A DNA stretch of 58,160 nucleotides, counting the filler, from Basidiobolus ranarum (taxonomy: Eukaryota), in the NCBI GenBank assembly GCA_040143965.1. It is 6 parts of 6 records of this genome, joined end to end, with 100 filler letters (N's around TTAATTAATTAA, not from the genome) between each part and the next. Parts side by side here need not be neighbours in the genome. Positions count along the whole stretch, not along the records: positions 29,162 to 38,771 come from JASJQH010007677.1; positions 38,872 to 48,470 come from JASJQH010007678.1; 4 more parts are not named here. One strand, given 5' to 3'. Below, in pieces: positions 29,162 through 40,117 of the stretch. The notes beneath the pieces are model-generated. The model was not told the origin of the DNA. It was given only the letters and a program-made list of their open reading frames with translations, and ran no database searches. How positions within the stretch are numbered: position 1 is the first letter of the stretch; each line of letters begins with the position of its first letter. Made by a program: the position numbers and the translations under genes.

Positions 29162-29722
29162 CCCTGCTTTCTTTTTATACTGGGAGGACTGTGTCCCCCA
29201 GACCCCCTCTTTTCATCCTTACCCTCCCTTACCCTTACCAGAACATCTATACCCTAGAACTGGATTAAATTGGTCATCAAGTAAAGTATGGATATGATCC
29301 AGTTTTGTCACAATATCTTGGAAGATTGATATCATGATTTTCACTTTGTTTCGACTAGTATATAAGCTAAATACAGTCCACACCACCTGGTGCTCTTCAT
29401 CCCCCTACCCTAAATTTCTATAGCAATTGTCTCCTCCGTTTCCAATCAAATGGACCTATTTTGCACTTTTACCAAAAGAGTAGCGTGGGCTCATGGGTGG
29501 TAGGGCTAATAGGTAGGATAACTCCGCTCTTACCAATGGCACTCTTACTGGAATGGCTTTAACCTAACCCATTTTAACCAATCAAATGGTCTAATTTTGC
29601 ACCCTTACCGGAAAAGTATCCAAGTATAAGCAGTAGAAAAGTTGCACCTTACCGGAAAGATCATAACCCTAAATCGATTTTGACCAATCAAATCGCTATG
29701 ATTCTACACTCTTACCGTAGTG
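29162..29722. mobile_element. Probable terminus of a CACTA/En-Spm (CMC) DNA transposon with subterminal repeats
   Basis: Ends ...CTTACCGTAGTG at 29722, which reads CACTACGGTAAG on the minus strand. Three CCAATCAAAT-N10-11-CACYYTTACC units start at 29442, 29578 and 29684, with extra CACTCTTA-like copies between them. Confidence 0.6.
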
Positions 29723-30475
29723 TGAAATTCAGCAATCACGGTGACTGCTCTAGAAAACTTAAATCTTATGTAGCTATACAGGTACGTAAATTATATATAT
29801 AAATATCAGAAACTGTAGTTCTTTTGCATGTTTTGTCTTTTAGGGCACTTTGATAAAATACAAATTGATATCAACCCCTGTTTAGGAAAAACCCACAACT
29901 GCCCCGAATAAACTCAGCCGGACATTGTTTGTAAAATACTAATTCATCTTTTCGCTTTTCCACCTAGTTATTTAACATTGAGGTCAGTTAAAGTTATACG
30001 AATATATATATGCAGTAAGCTCAAATATACATATATCAGTTGTTATGGCTCTTGGTGGTTATGAATTTCAATAACATGGACCCACAATCATCGAACAAGA
30101 AGGTTTTTAATTAGCAACATCTCCCTAAGAATATTTCTACGCTACCTTCGCTCTTATCACCACTACATTGTTTTTGGCGTCAACATAAACTTCTTTTATC
30201 CTGCACTTCCCCACACTCTTGTGATATGAGATTTGACATGATTGGATCTATGGGTATCACGTCCGCACACTTTATCTTCAACAACTTTATTATTTCTACA
30301 GCCATTACCTCATATAACTGAATCATATGCACACGAATAATGTTTGGGCACAGCCCAGGCTTCACTGGCCAATAATGTCGTTGCTGTAAATGCAAATATT
30401 TCTGAATTAATGCTATGATACATATTGTATTTAACCAGCACTGAAAGGCTTATATTCACCCAGTATCTTGAGTTA

Positions 30476-31462
30476 ATGGACGGTACTATCACTTTTTGCT
30501 TTCTCTGTGGCGGAACTTCAATCGTATGCGACTTAGTACGCATAGAGGCTCTGACACTACAACCTGAAGATGTCGAATACATTCAGCATATTTACATCTT
30601 AACTCATTGCAAACCTGAGGGAGTGGACAAGTCACCTGGATGGAAAGATACTTGGAACAGGAGTGGAGCAAACGAAAACGAAGAAATAGAGTATGGTTTT
30701 ACTGCTAATGAAGAGGACTATTGGGAGAATTCCTATCGAGGGGAAGAATTCTATCGGAACATAGGTCTGGTCAATGGTGCCCTCATTCACAGTATTTGTT
30801 ACGACCTATTACACAGATTCTTGGAGACTAGAGCGCAAGAATCGTCCAATATGCAAAGCCTTCGAATGTCCGACCATGATCTATTCGAAATCTTAAAATT
30901 TGTCCAGGCGGAGAGTTTAAATGGATTGACATACTTTATGGATGACTCCATTATCATGACTATGGGTAAAGAATTTGAATATTTTTCTGGCTGCGACTGG
31001 TTAGTCCGCAATCCTATAGCAAACCTCTCTGATCTCCCTACATTGCAACTGACCCTGTTCCCTCCTCCGAGTGTTGAGAATCAGCTACTCTTTCTTCCCA
31101 CAGTTGCTCTACATGCGATCTTTGACAAGCTTGAGCTCAATCATTTGGCCAGTCTACAGAGAGTCAGTCAAACATTGAAGCTATACGTCAAGTCATCGAG
31201 AGAGTGGCAAATCAGATGTCACATACATTTATTTGTGGATCTTCTGCCGGAGTACCATACACAGATTAAATGCAGGCTGATTGATTGGAATCGTGCGATA
31301 GCTGGTAGCGAAAATCTGCGCAATCTCCGCCGCATTGGTCTTATTATTCAACGCTTACATCATTACATGCCTCAGATCATCGAAATACTGGGTAGTAATA
31401 CTTACTGTGAACTAAATCAAGAGCCTAGAAATGAATTCATATACACTCTGGTGAATGAATAA
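30476..31462 (+). CDS. Intronless fungal F-box-like protein (about 328 aa)
   Basis: N-terminal CFLCGG, F-box-like LLFLPTVALHAIFDKLELNHLASLQRVSQTL, and C-terminal IDW...NLRNLRRI typical of a fungal F-box family. The first ATG is at 30476; the ORF track starts at a TTG. Confidence 0.7.
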   Translation: MDGTITFCFLCGGTSIVCDLVRIEALTLQPEDVEYIQHIYILTHCKPEGVDKSPGWKDTWNRSGANENEEIEYGFTANEEDYWENSYRGEEFYRNIGLVNGALIHSICYDLLHRFLETRAQESSNMQSLRMSDHDLFEILKFVQAESLNGLTYFMDDSIIMTMGKEFEYFSGCDWLVRNPIANLSDLPTLQLTLFPPPSVENQLLFLPTVALHAIFDKLELNHLASLQRVSQTLKLYVKSSREWQIRCHIHLFVDLLPEYHTQIKCRLIDWNRAIAGSENLRNLRRIGLIIQRLHHYMPQIIEILGSNTYCELNQEPRNEFIYTLVNE

Positions 31463-34400
31463 GCCATACCTACCAAACTAACGATGTGGTCCGTTTGATT
31501 TAGTGGAGCCAAATCTATCTGCACTATGGTTACTAATTACGTTTCAAGCAAAAACATTGCAGTTAAAGGTATTCAGGCTTGGTTGTATATTTATTGGTGC
31601 AGCTCTCTTAACACTTGCCTTGATGTACTCTCCTTCCCACATCTTTAACATTATTATATGATGATCTATAGAATATCTGGGCAGTAGAGAATGTGTGGAA
31701 TGCGAATATCTAAAGTGTAAACAAGAAAGTAAAAGTGCTATATTTAGATTCTATTAGCCTCGATGGGGCCGGTTCTTGCTGTTTTTATCATAGTAGGATC
31801 GATACATAAGATTAACTGTTTGAATAACCAGTATTTACTAAGCTTTTCAATAGATGGATAAAAGATATCCAAATAAACATGGCACTTATTTAAGATCAAG
31901 ACACCCTAATTGCACTGCTCTTCACATAAGAGAATTGTTCATAGGAAAACACTTGATGTAGAGCATGCATATTATTGATCGTTCATGGAGGTATTAGTTA
32001 TGCCGGCATAATGTGAAAGTCTTAATATGTTACTATTTTCCAGTCACTCTTGAAGCCCTTTTCCTCAAAGTTATAAATCTTCCAGATTCTTGGGTCTAAT
32101 AACTTCCATTCGCGTCATATGCAACACTAATTTGTGCGAATGCGCAGCAGAATTCATTCAAGTAATCATCACACACCTCATCATGTCATGTTTTCTCCAA
32201 TATTACTCCACCCATACCCCGCTTCAGGAACTCCTTGTTTAGTTATTAGGCTCATTATGAGCCAACTTGATGGAGAGTGTGCCTGGCATCGGCTACCGTA
32301 AGCCTCTGATCAATAGCTAAAGCCGTACCATCCACCTTTTGACTTCCTGGGTTTCCTAAGTATTGGTTCATTTGACTAGCACTAAATCTGAAGTGTCAAG
32401 ATTGAAATCTTTCGAAACATCATTTACCCCTTATCTTTGGTCCATATCTGGTAGCATAGCTTTAATCTGAACTCTACCCCTGATATTAAATTAGTTGGGT
32501 TGCGAGAATGAGAATGGGAACCATACTTATGGAAATATTAGCTATAGATATTATGGATATGTTGGCAATGAGTTAGGGTATGATTAAAGTGAAGATTGTG
32601 AGTTAAATCATTGCACTGTTAAGTAAGGAGAGATTGTAAGGAGTGAAAGTGGTAGTAGTACTAGTATTAAGGGTAATTAACTTGACTATGAGGAATACAG
32701 ACCCATGTAATGGCAGCAATATGAGCAAGCAGTATTTTCCCTGACCTAGTGTGCTTTAAAATCTGACTAGCTTGTCTAGTCGGTCTACCTTTAAGATACT
32801 TGATGGAGTCCGAGATTAGCAGTAGGCATTCAGATACTTCTGTGGGCTAATAATTCTTGGCGATATTAAAGCCCACTACCTTGCTTAGATTCTCTAGACC
32901 AATGGCATTCGCACAGTACTAGTCCACTACTACTAGATACATTTCTGGAATATCAAACTGTACACGGTCTACTATCACAAATTTGTGCACTCTTCGGGGG
33001 GAGGAGAAGGAGTAAAACTGCATATTGCCTATGTCAGAGTAGGATATGTAGATAAAGCAACAATGAGTCAAACGCTCTGGCGGCTATCTCACTCCCTTTG
33101 CTTTCTGTGTAATGCACACTTAACAATGCCACACAGTAGTATCGATGTTAATTGAAGCTAATCAAATTTGCCGAAATTTTGTCATTAATACCAATTACTC
33201 TATTGGCAAAGACCATTTGCAGTGCTCAAAAGTAGTTGAATGCCTTTTTGTATCTAATCGGTGAATTCCCAACTCTGACATCAAAAGCATTCAAAAGTCA
33301 GGTACCGGACATAACCGAAGGAAGCGCATAAATTAATTTGTCTATTGCTCTTCGTCGGGTGCACAGTCAGAAAGGGTTAAATGGTCCGATAAGATATAAC
33401 CTTGCTACATGCATTAAAGTACATTTTATATGAAGCTACATGTCGGGTCTAATGTAGTCATGATCTTGGTAGTGCCTAATCATCACCCCATGCACCCTTA
33501 GCGATCACACTGAAAGTTTTACTAGAGGCAAATTCAAACTCGATATTTGCGTGAAGTAGCGATGATGGCATCACCGACATGTCACTCCAAACGTTGCAAA
33601 TCTTACTATGAAGTAGTCCTATTACCAAGTTACGCACCCCAGATGTACAGAACTAACAAAAAACATGTAATTGAGGCTTTTATTCTGGAAGGGCATATGG
33701 CGTACGTAAACGACATTGTGCCACAATATCTTTTACAAATGCCAGTTTTTCTGAAAGGTATGTCTTTCCTCAAAGCTAATTAGTCCAGCGAATTGCGCAA
33801 CAATAGAAGCATATCAAATGGTCTATTTGGTTGCACGCATATACTGTAGCACTTGGGAACTATGTCTCCGATACGTGATCAAGTGGATTCATCTTACCCC
33901 AGAATGCGATATGAAGTGAAGGAATGTGAATGATGGTCAGTAACAATGCTGTTGGATTTCAACTGATACGTGCATCTACTGCAAACATTGCAGTTTTCGT
34001 ACATACAATGTAAGTATCAATCCATTTGGCTTCCCAAAGCCAGGTGGCTCTACTTCTATAGAATCTGGTATTTAAATTATGTATCAGAATCTACTTAATT
34101 ATCCGAACCCTTAATGCACACCAGGGCCATACTTGATCAAGCACCCTCTGGATACATATACCAGACCACGTATAATGCACTTTAAGTGAACATACCATTC
34201 ATGATACAATAGGCTCTTGGCCCTCCGATCAACTGATCCATGCTCCGAACTCAACCCTATTTTACCATATCGAGTGCTTGAAACGAGCTCAACATGTTAG
34301 TTAGCACGGCCAACCTCTTCGATCTAGATTCGGGAGTGGGTGCAATACATCGGCACATATGAGGAGCTGATTGAAGGATCTGGTCAGACTATCTATAACA

Positions 34401-35219
34401 AATATACCCTTTTTACATCAGCAAGCAAGGGCGCGGGGACAGGAGGTCATGACGGGGTCAGGAACAACAAATGGATGACGCTTAGTGCACCATAAAAGTG
34501 ATCCTGATCGCTCAATTACAAGCTGCTAAAGGAAAGCAATTACAGTCAATATGCATTATTTCCTCATTCTTCACACCTAGTGCCCTCCACCTCTTCTGTA
34601 TTAGTCTGCATCGTTTTAATAGTTGTGCGCTTGGATTTGCTCTGGCTCACCTGCATGTGTTGGAGTTAGCGACCATTGATCAATACACACAATCATTCCG
34701 TCAAATACATTGATCTTCATAGTAAGGTTACTGTCAATTCTGAGAGTCTTCTGATTGGCATACAGTAAATACATATAGTGGAGACCTTTCTCATTCAAAC
34801 GGGTTTATCATTGTACTGCTCTACATCCTTCCTGCATATCTATATTGAGAAGTGATAATGTCAAATCGGATCCATTGCCATTATTCTCGGCCAATATTAC
34901 CTAAATCCCAACCTTATTTTCATTAACTCATCTCCACCCTGGCCACAGCCTTCGTTTCAGGATTACCCCGCATCTGTCTGATCTCAGGCTCTTCAATCCA
35001 AGGTTGAGATTTGATTAAATACCTGGCTCTTGGGCTTATTCTCCCAATCTTTTGTTTATCTCGTGATTTCTTACATCTTTCCACCATTGTCTAGTTACTT
35101 TTACATATCTGTGGTCTTACCGCACCTTTGCTTGTTATTCACATTCCTTTCGTGGGGATACCTGTAATATTCCTTCACGATCAACAGTCACTCGTTGAGT
35201 TTAGTCCCCAACCACAAAG

Positions 35220-37665
35220 ATGCGTCTTCTTTCACCTAAAGGTAACTTCAAATTCCTCGATCAATCCCAAATACCATGGAGTATTTCACGTGTGATTTTC
35301 TTACTAATATTCTCACTTGCTAGATGCAATGTATGTTACTCCCAAAACCACCAAATCCATCTTATCTCATATTGGCTCTTTTTCCGTTACAAATGATGCA
35401 GTATTTGCCATCAATGGTTTTCTTGATGAAGTCCTTTATATGTTGATTTCGTATCTTCCTAGTGAAAAGATGGATATTGCTGGTATAGAAGCGTCACTGC
35501 TGAAGCTTGTTCCTGATGGGCCATTGGCTAGAGATGCCATTTGTAGTGCCCACAATTTTTCCAAGAAAACATTACCAAGCCTGGCCACTCAGTCCAATAA
35601 CCCTCCTCCACTTATGAATCGTGTGGAGCCTATAAATCCCTCTCTTGACCCAAATAAAACTGCCCGTTATGAGCAACTAAGGCTCAAATGTTTAAGGTAC
35701 AGTACGCTGGGGACGGAGCATGTGAATCCATTACGTCTGTTACTTGGACCCCAGCATGCCGGGGAGGATTTTACAAGCATCACTGTAATCTTCATCACCG
35801 CCATATTAGAATACTTGGCAAGATTTCTCATTAATAGTATAGCAGTGATGGCTAAACAGCAACTTAGAACCAATATCGGTTTGGAGGAAGTATTCAATGG
35901 TTTGGATGTTGATGGTCATATCAAGGAACTCTTTCAGGCCATGATGTTATATTCTAAACTCCAGGTTTGTTTTACTTCATTTGAGGATAAAGTAGTCTGA
36001 ATTTCGAAACTAACATGATTGATAGACTCGCGTAGTTACTGAAGCGCTCACAAAAGGGTCAAAGAACCCGACCTTTTTAGAAAAAAAGAGAATCGCCACC
36101 ACAGGTATTTCTAGAGATACACAGGAAATCTCACTTGAAGCACAATCAAACCCAATGAGTCCTGAAGGCAGGATCAATGATTTTGCCATCCAAGCAGAGA
36201 ATTTGGTGCCTACCGAGCTTCTATTGAATGAGAACTCTTCAAAGAAGGGAAGATCATTTTCTTCCTTCCTAATGAAAGGAAAATCCAAGACAGCAAATAG
36301 CACTGGCCCTGCAGTGAATTCACCATCACCTAAAACTGGCTTATTCCGTTTCAGACCTACTATTGCTAGCGAGCAAAATTTGAGTCACCGTAGTCGGTCA
36401 GCTGAAGCACTTCGTCTTGCAAGAAAAAGTATGGAAACCACTAAAAGCATAGAAACCACCAAGAGTGAAGGAAACAATGCTACCTTGGTAACTAGTTTGG
36501 TAACACTATTAATGTAGTTTGAAATATTAATCGGTTCTATAGGATGATTCTTTTGAGGGCTTTCTCCATGCTAATGAAACAAAGAAAATGTCTCTTACAC
36601 CAAATAGATTACGAAGTATCGAGGTAAACAAGCATTAGTCAAACTAAAGGCTCGTCATCATCCACTAACCCCATCTATGCTTGGTTGCATGTGTTTTGGA
36701 AACTTTAGTTTCTCAAAAAGAATGAAAAATATCAGCCAAGAGCACCAATCAAGTTCAGCTCAAGTTTGATTATGGCCGAGGTAGAATATGGACAAACTCT
36801 TCCAGAGCAGAAAAAAGGCAATGTATCAGTAAAGAAATCTGAAACTCTGTATGAGTTTTTGAAAAGCTCACCATCCGAAACTTCCTCCAAGGTATGTATG
36901 CTCTTGTTCAAAGTCATCTATTCATATGCATTAATTTTACCATTAACAACAAAGGTATCAAAGAAATACGTGCCTCGGGCTCCAGTAATAATGAAACGTA
37001 GTATACTCCAAAGTTCAGCAATTAATTTCTCTGGTTCTGCAGAAGTATCGGGACAAGAGGGAACCAAACTTCTACCATGCAACAATATCTCTAAATCTAA
37101 AGAGAATGTTTATGTTTTTTTGAAGAATGCAAATTCCACTGCGGCAGATAAGAAATCAGGTCTCACAAATGGCTCGACTCCACCAAATCTCAATCCAACT
37201 TTGTTATATGATCACTCGATTGAAAATGAACAATATGCACGACATGGCCAAAGCTCGGTTGGCATACATGGACGACGTCGAGGGCAATCTATGTCATATG
37301 TGCCAGACTTCAAGCCAATAGGTAAACCCTTGAGGTTTGCAAATGGTTCCGAAAAATCAAGTACCTCAGTCTCACCCATGTCTGACATGCTACAGAGACG
37401 ACGCAGTCTACCTCGTCAACGATCTCTGATGAAACTATCGACTTACTTCCCTTTACCCTCCTCTAGGGGTGAGATTGCTGGATCCGATCGCTCCAAGAAT
37501 TTGAGTGTTAACTACTCTCCTGTAGATCTCTCTGCGGATAACAAACGCAAAATTAAAATATGTACACCACTGGAGTTGGCTTCAACCAGAGTTCAAAACG
37601 CGATGGATGAGGATAACAGAATATTTTACCCATTGTGCATGTGTGATAAGTGCGAGCGAATTTAA
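35220..37665 (+). CDS. Uncharacterised protein with N-terminal tandem H2B-like and H2A-like histone folds and a disordered C-terminus (6 exons)
   Basis: Spliced start MRLLSPK|DAMYV. H2B-like segment SVTNDAVFAINGFLDEVL...IEASLLKLVPDGPLARDAICSA. H2A-like segment IFITAILEYLARFLINSIAVMAKQQLRTNIGLEEVFNGLDVDGHIKELF. Downstream exons join in frame at GT-AG sites. Confidence 0.75.
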
Positions 37666-38771
37666 ATAAGCGGCCACCTTCTCGTTTAACGCTCATCCAG
37701 ATATAGATAATTCCCATACAGACCCCCGTATCCATAATTAATCGGGAGTTTATTCCTCGCTGCTTACAACACCTAATATTGAATAGAATAACTGAACTCG
37801 TCTAGCCAGCATCAACATCCGAATTCCAGTCCACTAATGCAAAGGATACCCGCAGAATCACCCACTCCTGCCTCCAAGAATACCTCTCCTGCCTATACCC
37901 ATTTCTTTTAATGCCTCAAGGCATTTCTTTGTAAATCTTTCTTATAAGGCTGTATCGCATGTTTACCGTTCTTTTCAACCGCTTATATTGGATTAATTAA
38001 AGTTTGGCAACATGAATGACATCAACTAAGATGAATTATAAGGAAAGAGTCACTTTTTACTTGACACACCCACATCACAACAGAAGTGCCAACCGGTAAC
38101 CTATAAGAATAAGCAAACACACTTTAACTCAATTGAAACTATGGACGCATCAATGTTGCAAATAGATATGATATCAGAGGCAAAAGCTCTAGATCCATTC
38201 AAAATTAGGCAGGCTGGTCACGAATATACAATCATTCGAATTAAACAGAATCTAAAACCATTAGGGCTTGGAATGGCTGACAATTCACTGCGCCTAATAT
38301 GAATGGAAATCCACATTGGCCTACACGTGACTTAGTTTTTGCAGCCTATTTAGTGAGAAACATGGTAGCTTTAGGAATACTATATAGTGCTTGTATAATT
38401 AGAAGCCGAAGGCTACCCAAAGACCAGACCATCTACTCCTAAGCACTCCCATTCTGGTATGGATGCCGCGATGGCAATATGATCTGGGCATGTGAACTTC
38501 AAACCCCCAGCTCTCCAAGCGTTCGAGAATGAACACCCCATGAGACACCTTTGTAGAATACTCTTTTAACTCACATAGCCAATGCACATGTACAGCCATT
38601 ATTGGGAGTATGGAATATACAAAGAGGTAGGAGAACCTGAATTTCGGACTAGCTTCGACTTATTCACGATATTCCAGTGGGACCATATCGACACACGAAT
38701 CTGACTGCACTCTTTTCATTTCAAAAATCGATGAAACAGAATTCTAGACTATCCAAGATCGGAACACCACA

Positions 38772-38871
38772 NNNNNNNNNNNNNNNNNNNNNNNNNNNNN
38801 NNNNNNNNNNNNNNNTTAATTAATTAANNNNNNNNNNNNNNNNNNNNNNNNNNNNNNNNNNNNNNNNNNNN
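38772..38871. other. Artificial contig linker
   Basis: N44-TTAATTAATTAA-N44. Confidence 0.99.
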
Positions 38872-39396
38872 ACCAACGAATGTTAGTGCCAACGATACAT
38901 AAGACTGCCCATCTACAGACTTTCGCTCCATGTTAACCAAAATCTGAAAATAAGTTTCAACCGACCATAGTACTATCGAAATCCATACCAGATGTGATGA
39001 TAACGATGAAAAGCTGCATTCAACAATTATAATTGTGGCAGTTAAAATTAAATATACAAAAGAAGTAAACAATTTGCGTTTTATGGGTACTAACGAATAT
39101 ATACCAAATTGTGCTAATATTAATAATTCTAAAATGGGCATATAAACGGCTCCAAATTTGCTAAATAGTGGCAAGTTAAAATTAAACACGAAAAAGGAAT
39201 TAAACAAACTGGCATAAAAGTTGCATGAAGCCCAAATAAAACTTAGACCCAATGTAGATTTTCGTTTAAAGTTTTTGACAATTTGGGGAAGAAGAACTAA
39301 TAGCCATATACAGTTGCTTACATATCCACATACATTAGCAATAATACACAACCATCTGCTTAGATTATAATCACAATTAACCTCCAGTATATCCAT
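38872..39396 (-). CDS. PQ-loop family membrane transporter (cystinosin/YPQ/PQLC-like), intronless, 3' truncated
   Basis: GYVSNCIWLLVLLPQIVKNFKRKSTLGLS and a second repeat YFQILVNMERKSVDGQS, with multiple TM helices. The first ATG is at 39396. Confidence 0.85.
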
Positions 39397-39459
39397 TTTA
39401 TACACATATCGTTTTTAGTTATTAAATATAGTTGAATGTCAATCAACTTTTGCATTTGG

Positions 39460-39705
39460 ATATTTTTAAAAGTTTTAAATCTGGTTTGTGAGAAGGTTCT
39501 AATTTAAGTTCGTAATTAGGTTTAAAATAAACTTGTTGCGAAATAATTTTAAAAAAAGTTTTAAATTAAGATTCGAATTAAAATCTAACTTAAACTTTGT
39601 TGCGACTCGAAATAAAATTTAAATTACAAAAAATTTTAAGTTAGATCCGAATCAAATCCTAAATTAAAGTTTTCCCGGAGATAAATTTAAAGTTTTTAAA
39701 ATTAA
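39460..39705. repeat. Degenerate AT-rich tandem and inverted repeat cluster in the island's divergent intergenic spacer
   Basis: Three related ~45-bp units (39497-39541, 39559-39605, 39634-39679). A perfect 12-bp inverted repeat ATCTAACTTAAA (39583-39594) / TTTAAGTTAGAT (39635-39646). AAAGTTTT(T)AAA recurs. Confidence 0.6.
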
Positions 39706-39825
39706 AATACAAATTAAGCTATGTTTAAAATTATTTATGATATAATTAAGCGTAATATTATATATACATAATATTTATCAAAATGTTCAAGAACTAGTGT
39801 TATAAATATGATAATTATAATAAAC

Positions 39826-40065
39826 ATGAATATATCTACGCAAACGTCAAGTAGTATTTTTTTACGTACTATTCCAACTGAAACTACATATAGTCAAATT
39901 ATTCTGCCGACTATAATACGAGTAGCTTTTGGTAGTACACAAAGTTTAAAGACACTTGGGACAGATGTAACAAAACCCCCAAAGCCGACGGTAAATATGG
40001 GCAACAAAAATTTCCGCAAATTATTTGTAGTATGTTGTATAATATCGTTGACACATTTATTGTGA
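39826..40065 (+). CDS. Small Thr/Ser-rich protein with a hydrophobic C-terminal tail (79 aa)
   Basis: Intronless ORF with the island's codon bias, ending RKLFVVCCIISLTHLL. Confidence 0.45.
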   Translation: MNISTQTSSSIFLRTIPTETTYSQIILPTIIRVAFGSTQSLKTLGTDVTKPPKPTVNMGNKNFRKLFVVCCIISLTHLL

Positions 40066-40117
40066 CTGTAAAGATGTACCATTTGTTTTTTAAAATTGCC
40101 ATAACGTGTATTAAAAT

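Noticed and set aside
29442-29716. Three ~32-bp direct repeats with unique spacers, superficially CRISPR-like
   Set aside because: The repeats are degenerate, the spacers are long, uneven and contain the same sub-motif, the context is eukaryotic and there are no cas genes. A transposon subterminal region fits better.
31500-35200. 3.7-kb gene-free region with short ORFs
   Set aside because: No tRNA, snRNA or repeat structure recognised and the ORFs lack protein-like features. Treated as intergenic or upstream regulatory DNA.
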